Notes under the pieces: generated by a model | Told to the model about the DNA's origin: nothing | The model's input: only the letters and a program-made list of their open reading frames with translations | The model's database searches: none | Shown here: piece by piece, positions 57,606 through 64,000 of the stretch | Position numbering within the stretch: position 1 is the stretch's first letter | How the letters are laid out: each line of letters starts with the position of its first letter | Position numbers and translations under genes: made by a program | NCBI GenBank assembly: GCA_051294375.1 | Contig: CM119265.1 | Coordinates: forward strand, 11,843,818-11,907,817 | Origin: Paraspadella gotoi | Lineage: Eukaryota > Animalia > Chaetognatha | Direction: 5' to 3' | DNA length: 64,000 nucleotides

Positions 57606-57839
57606 GTAAGGAAAAATTTAGTAAAGTAAAAAAATCTTTAAATATGCAAATGAATTTATGCTTATTTTAATTTAAATTTTTGAGACTACCAGCAGATAAA
57701 GTATGCTTTGTCTATTTTATGGTTAAAAAATCAATCCAGTTCTCTGCATATTTTAGGTATAAATGACAATTGAATTTTGTTATTAAAATGACCGAAACTT
57801 GTATATGTTGTAGAGCAACCAAAGGCCCATCTAAGACTG

Positions 57840-58073
57840 TGAAGAGACAGTAATTATTGATAAGTGTTAGTGACAAAACCGTTCAATATAAGCAGTCCCT
57901 GAGCTTCGGATCAGGCTGTAACACCATGTTACAGGCGGGTTAAGCGCCCCGTCCCTCTTAACTGCCAGACGACCACCGGGCTAGAACCCCGGACCTTTGG
58001 GTTGGGAGGCGAATGACTTGCCTCCGGCACCAATGGCCGCTGATGAACGGTTGGTGGGTTTTAGTCCACCATA
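57840..58073 (-). mobile_element. Solo LTR of the tRNA-bearing TRIM family
   Basis: TATGGTGG...CTCTTCA flanked by an ACTG(T) duplication. The empty site is visible in the opposite arm of the host foldback (~54455-54480). A truncated duplicate starts at ~63908. Confidence 0.8.
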
Positions 58074-58708
58074 ACTGTAATATAAAAGCATAATATTCAT
58101 TAATATAATAGTTATGACTGATTAAAAAAATGACCCATCTAAACTATTTCTTTTAGTAAAACTGTTCAAATTTTATTCATATTCTAACAACATCTTACAA
58201 ACCCTTTTGAGTATGTATATATAAAATTTTTAAAATGTACTACATAAAATGACAAAGTTATGCAACTTTTAAAATTTTTTTTTTTTGGGCTTATTTTTAA
58301 GTGGTTTAGAATTGTCCGATTTAAATTTTAACCATATGGGCAATAGACATACGTTGAAAATATTTTATGTTAAAATATCAGCTCATTGGACGTAAAAATA
58401 AAAGAATTATTTCATCTCTAGAAAAAGGACACTAGTCTCTACGCTTCGGGTACTATAACAAAAATAAAAAATATTTAAAAAAATTATGATATCTGAATTC
58501 CCGAAACGTTATCCTCTTCCGTTCCCATAGGCCTCCAGAGGGCATTGATCTCCAGGAATGCCCGCTTTTCTATAAGCGCGGGATATTTTGACAACATTTG
58601 ATTTAAATACCTTTTTTGTTTTGTTTTTGGGTTAATTTTACTTTCTTTTTCTCATCACGTTAGTAAATAAATGCGGGTTTTAACCGACAGACAGGCCAAA
58701 TCGGACTC

Positions 58709-59492
58709 ATGAGCTCGTCCGGTAGTTCCTCCGTGGAGCTGATGCTGAAGGATGCCGAGAAACTCGTCTCGAGGTTAAAGGAGCATGAGAAAGCGGCGGA
58801 TTTGCTAGTGGGTCAGGCGGACGGGCTTCAGCGAACGATCAGAGCCAAGACCGCCTACATGAAGGTCTGAAACGCGGAGTATTGAGCTATTTGAGGAACA
58901 ATTATAATTCTGGTTGTTTTTTTTCGTGCAGGAAATCACGGCCCTCAACGAGATCGCCCGCCATCGCCCCCGTTCGGAACTCGTGCTCGAGATCCAAATG
59001 GAGAATCAGCAGATCCGGCGGCTGCAGGCGGAAAACCGGGATCTTCGAATGCTCATCGACGAGCACCAGTCCGCCCTTGACGTCATCATGACCAAGTATC
59101 GGGAACAGACGGCGATCGTGACAGCGGCGAAGCGGACAGGCGGAAACGGGAACCGTCGAAGCGCCTTCGCCCATGCTCGGGCCCTCCAACGGAAGCGGGA
59201 AAAGGTTAACGAGTTGACGGCGGTCATGAGACGCGCGACCGAGGTGGACGATGGCGCCGACGACAAAGGCCGCGCCGTCATCGAGCGGTTGGAGCGGGAG
59301 AATCTAAGATTGCGAGAGCTCCTCATGATTTGCGACAACGTGTGCGACGACGGCGGAGGCTGCGGCACCGAGATTGTCACCGCTTCCTTCGCCGGCGACG
59401 AAATGATGGCGTCTCGAGCGGCCAGTGTCGACGACGGAGTTTTGCCGACAAAAAACGGAGGAGACAATGAAAAAACAATGACGGACGATTAA
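58709..59492 (+). CDS. FGFR1OP2: FGFR1 oncogene partner 2 / SIKE-family coiled-coil protein (STRIPAK component)
   Basis: Exon 58709-58864 (MSSSGSSSVELMLKDAEKLVSRLKEHEKAADLL...), 67-nt GT-AG intron, exon 58932-59492 (EITALNEIARHRPRSELVLEIQMENQQIRRLQAENRDLR..EHQSALDVIMTKYREQ...LERENLRLRELLMI). Confidence 0.9.
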
Positions 59493-59898
59493 TATTATTT
59501 ATTATCTAATGTATTCGCTTGTTTTTTTTTCATGTACATCCGATTCCATCTCAAACTGAAATTCGCTCCCCATTTAAACTGTAGTAAAAAAATATTCTTT
59601 ATTTTCTGCGAGAACGCAGATCTGACCCGCTCATCGAATTTTCTTTCATCTCCGTCGCGTTGCGAGTAGTGTGGGGATTGAGGGGAGTGGAAAAAACGCA
59701 TTGTTGTACATTTTTCTAATGTAACTTTTCTTACCAAATGTTAACCTCTGCTTCTCTGTCTCTCTCTCCCTCACTCACAAATTTAATTTCTTTTCCCTCA
59801 CATTCTCTCTCTCTCTCTCTCTACTAACTTAAACCTGTCCTCACATTTCACCACTGTCCTGTCTCATATCTTTGTTGCCATTTTCTTCTCTCTCTATT

Positions 59899-59932
<34 letters not shown>

Positions 59933-62900
59933 TTAATTTGGAAAACATGAAAATTGTGAATTGGTCAAAGCACTGATGAAGGCTTGAATGAAAGCCGAAA
60001 ATTGTCTGTACAATAAAATAAAATCGTTTCTGTATCAAGACTTTGTCTTTAGTTTCAATTATCTAAAACACAACGAAAGAAAGTTTAATCACAAAAAAAA
60101 ATCTATAATTTATTGTAACCTTAATTTTTACCCAAATATATATTGGTTGTACCAATTTCATATACGGTACCCGAAGCGTAGAGTGTCCTTTTTCCAGGGA
60201 TAAAATAATTCTTTTATTTTTACATCCAATGAGCTGATATTTCAACATAAAATATTCTCAACATAAGTTTATTGCCCATTGGGTTAAAATTTAAATCAGA
60301 CAACTTTAAACCACTTAAAAATAGGCTTAAAAAAATTTAAAAGTTGCATAATTTAGTCATTTTATGTAATACATTTTTAAAATTTTACATATACATACTC
60401 AAAACGGTTTGTGAGATGTCAGAATATGAATAAAAATTTGAACAGTTTTATTAGCATTTACTTAAAGGAAATATTTTAGATGTGTCATTTTTTTAATCAG
60501 TCATAACTATTATATTAGTGAATATTATGCTTTTATATTACAGTCTTAGATGGGCCTTCGATAGCTCTACAACATATATCAGTTTCGGTCATCTCGAAAA
60601 AAAATTTGTAACAGGTCAAATTTTAATAATAAAATTCAATTGTCATTTATACCTAAAATATGCAGAGAACTGGATTGATTTTTTAACCATAAAATAGCCA
60701 AAGTGGTAAGTCGCCTCAAAAGCATACTTTATCTGCTGGTGGTCTCAAAAATTTAAATTAAAATAAGCATAATCTCATTTGCATATTTAAAGATTTTTTT
60801 ACTTTACTAATTCTCTTATTAGGTAAGTAATTTTTTATTGTTTTAAGTGCATAACAATTACATTGTATAAGCTTTAACTTAAGCTTATTTTAGAGAATTT
60901 TTAACTTTATTTTCAAATTGATATTATTTTTAAGATATTACTTTAAAAAGGTATTTATTAATACTTTAAAAATTTCATTTTTGTTATTATTATAAAAAGA
61001 GGTTAAGACAAGGATTTTAAATATATTAAATCTTTTTTAAATTAGATCCAAGGCCGAGATATAGTATTTTGAAATTATTAAAAAGAGAAAAAAATACCTT
61101 TTTTTAAACCCCATAAAAAACTGTACAATCAAAAAATATCTCTTTATATTTTAAAGATAGGTAATATTTTCATTCAAATTAACAGTCTTTTAAGTTTCAG
61201 ATCAATCGGAAAACTTTTACTATTAAATCTTTAAAGAGAAAGTTAATTTTTGAAAAAATTGATTTTAAAAAATAAGTTTGAGCAAACAATGTCAGATTAC
61301 CCACGATCATTATCGGTAATTTTAATTAATTATTTATTTATTAATTGTTAATTACTTAATTAATTAAGCAATTTGAACAGAAATATTTGTTTTGATTGAT
61401 TGACTGATTAATTAATTATTGATTAATTAATTGACTAATTAATTAATTAACTGATTATTTGATTAATTAATACATCTTGCATTTACATTTAAAATAAAAA
61501 TAAGAAGCATAATCAATTAGTGAAACAGGTTTTTTGTTTTTTCTATTTAAACTCATTTCCATTAAATTATGATTTTATTAACTTGAATTAATTATTAATT
61601 AATTAATAAATAATTAAAATTACCGATAATATCATGGGCAGATCCGACATTGTTTGCTCAAACTTGTTTTTTAAAATCGATTTTTTCAAAAATTAATTTA
61701 ACTTAAAAATTTAATTAATTTAACTTAATTAACTTAAAGATTTAATAATAAAAGTTTTCCGATTGATCTGAAACTTAAAGACTGTTAATTTGAATGAAAA
61801 TATTACTTATCTTTAAAATATTAAAAAGATATTTTGATTGTACAGTTTTTTATTGGGGTTTGAAAAAGGGTATTTTTTTTTCTTTTTGACAATTTCAAAA
61901 TGCCATATCTCGGCCTTGGATGATCTAATTTTTTAAAGTAATATCTTAAAAATAATATCAATTTGAAAATAAAGTTAAAAATTCTCCAAAATAAGCTTAA
62001 GTTAAAGCTTATACAATGTAATTGTTATGCACTTAAAACGATAAAAAATATTAACAGTAGCATTAGCCATAGCCGATAAAATTTAAATACTAATGTATAC
62101 AGCGTTTAAAATAATCTATTATGACCATAGGTTATGGTATTAAAATATTTTTTTTCAAAAATGCTTTCTTCCGAGGGTATTAGCCTAATTAAAAATATTA
62201 TATTAATATATAGAGCAAAACATTTTTTTTTTAATCTTAAAATTTTTTGATGGATTCTGATAGAGCATAGATAATTACAGCTTTTAAAAATTCTTACGTT
62301 TTCTAAGTGAAAATATAAAAAAGTGATAAAATCATCGAAAGATGATGATGATGATGATTTTTTTACGGTTTTTCTTATTTTTGACATTATCGTAAAAATA
62401 TTTAAAAAAGAATTATACATTGTGTAGACAACTTTTTATGAGCTATCTGAATCTGGTCTTAAAATTTTCTATATATAAATAAATATTAAAAAATTAATTA
62501 TTAGGGTAGAGAGCCATATTAAAATTTTTTTGTCCATTGAAAGTATTCTTAAAAATGTCTAAATATTCGTTTGAGCATGTACTCGCTCTAAATTTTTGAC
62601 TCACCCCATTGAGTGTGGCTACCCCTAGTAGCATCCGTTTAGAATTTCTGAGACGGCAAGCTCTGTAACTCTAGTAGAAATGATAATTTGAAAGCGAGTT
62701 TTTGTCTTGTTATCCAGTACTCATACGACTACTCCCCTTTTGGTAAGCCATTGCTCTACGACCACTTTTGGGACATAGCAGTTTATTGTAAAAATTTACT
62801 TTAAGTGGGATTCGAATCCTGCCATTCCATTCCGCGTCAAAGTCTTAGCTTTTAACCGCTCGGCCATCTCGTTATTTAAAAAAAAATTCTTCAAAAACCC

Positions 62901-64000
62901 TAATATAAATTTTTTTTTTTTTATGCCAACCAAAAATTTTCTCTTTTTGAAACAATTTCATTCTTTCATTCTCTCAATCATTAGCCTATTTATTAATATT
63001 GATACAATAGGTGATAATGTATAAAAACAGTTTCAGTTGTTTCACAATAAACAACAGGTTAAAAACACTTAATAAATCAGGAAACTTGGGACTCGGATGT
63101 CAAAATCTCTGCCGTCGGATGTTGAGCCGTCCTGAGTCCTGACCCTACGGCGAAGCCCACGTTGGCCACTGTGAACGCCAATACAATGATATTTCATATA
63201 ACCTATTCAGAGATAACGATTTCAAACAGACATTTTTTTTATGGCTGCATACACTGCGCTATGCTAACTTTCATCGTGTCTTACATAGAGATCGTTCATA
63301 TCAAATTTCAATAAATTTGGTCTAGTAGTTTTTTAGGAACGAGTTCTGGTAACAAAAAAAGGGTCCCTAATTTTATAATTTGAAGCCTTCTGGATTTATC
63401 TCAAGACCAGCAAGATAACCAGAAGACGATTTGACTGAACGCATGTTAACATTAATGAATTTTTGTTTCCCCAAAAAAATTAAAAGCGAACCTACAGCTT
63501 TATATAATTTAATCTGAACGAAATATTTTTAAAAATCATTTGGCCGAGTGCTTAGCACGCCGGATTTCAACGTTAGGAAGAGGTTTCAGGTTCAAATCTG
63601 GCTGAAGTTTCCTTTTACCCTTAAGTTCTGATGTCCCAAAATTGGTCGTAGAGCAATGGCTTACCGAAGGTAAGTAAGGAAAAATTTAGTAAAGTAAAAA
63701 AATCTTTAAATATGCAAATGAATTTATGCTTATTTTAATTTAAATTTTTGAGACTACCAGCAGATAAAGTATGCTTTGTCTATTTTATGGTTAAAAAATC
63801 AATCCAGTTCTCTTGCATATTTTAGGTATAAATGACAATTGAATTTTGTTATTAAAATGACCGAAACTTGTATATGTTGTAGAGCAACCAAAGGCCCATC
63901 TAAGACTGTGAAGAGAACAGTAATTATTGATAAGTGTTAGTGACAAAACCGTTCAATATAAGCAGTCCCTGAGCTTCGGATCAGGCTGTAACACCATGTT

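Larger units (their letters stand above)
52558..58542. mobile_element. Nested foldback/MITE cluster between DHX37 and FGFR1OP2
   Basis: Concentric inverted pairs: CCCTCTGGAGGC..ATGGGA (52558) / ..CCAGAGGG (58542); ~54092-54735 / ~57612-58453; ~54748-55265 / ~55525-55975. Confidence 0.7.
53628..64000. repeat. Direct duplication (53628-~57930 / 59699-64000+), offset ~6.07 kb
   Basis: Colinear near-identity running to the window edge. Confidence 0.9.

Noticed and set aside
57892-57966. Twister-ribozyme-like loop (CCTGA-TCCGAAGC-TCAGG, minus strand) inside the tRNA-LTR
   Set aside because: The loop resembles twister L4, but P2 and the T1/T2 partners cannot be placed in a valid order.

Overview
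Eukaryotic (most likely invertebrate animal) draft-assembly window with very AT-rich, repeat-packed introns and intergenic DNA, GC/CpG-rich exons, three N-gaps and an indel-rich long-read error profile. Four conserved spliced genes were reconstructed by hand. DHX37 (9 exons), COMMD7 (4 exons) and the first two exons of SLC38A9 lie head-to-tail on the minus strand with only 139 and 267 nt between CDSs (operon-like). FGFR1OP2/SIKE lies on the plus strand. The 5' half of DHX37 occurs twice in an ~8.9-kb duplication across a gap, and a second ~6.07-kb-offset duplication occupies the right end; both look like assembly artefacts. The repeats include: a miniature LTR retrotransposon (LTR-PBS-PPT-LTR plus solo LTRs) whose LTRs carry a tRNA-derived Pol III promoter; a DIRS1-type element with inverted terminal repeats and an internal complementary region; a deleted SGNH-ALOG-tyrosine recombinase element; three Penelope-type inverted repeats with minimal hammerhead ribozymes; Helentron/DINE-like elements; tRNA-SINEs; MITEs and foldbacks; and two graded 18-bp minisatellites. 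All homology calls come from recognising motifs by eye; no searches were run.
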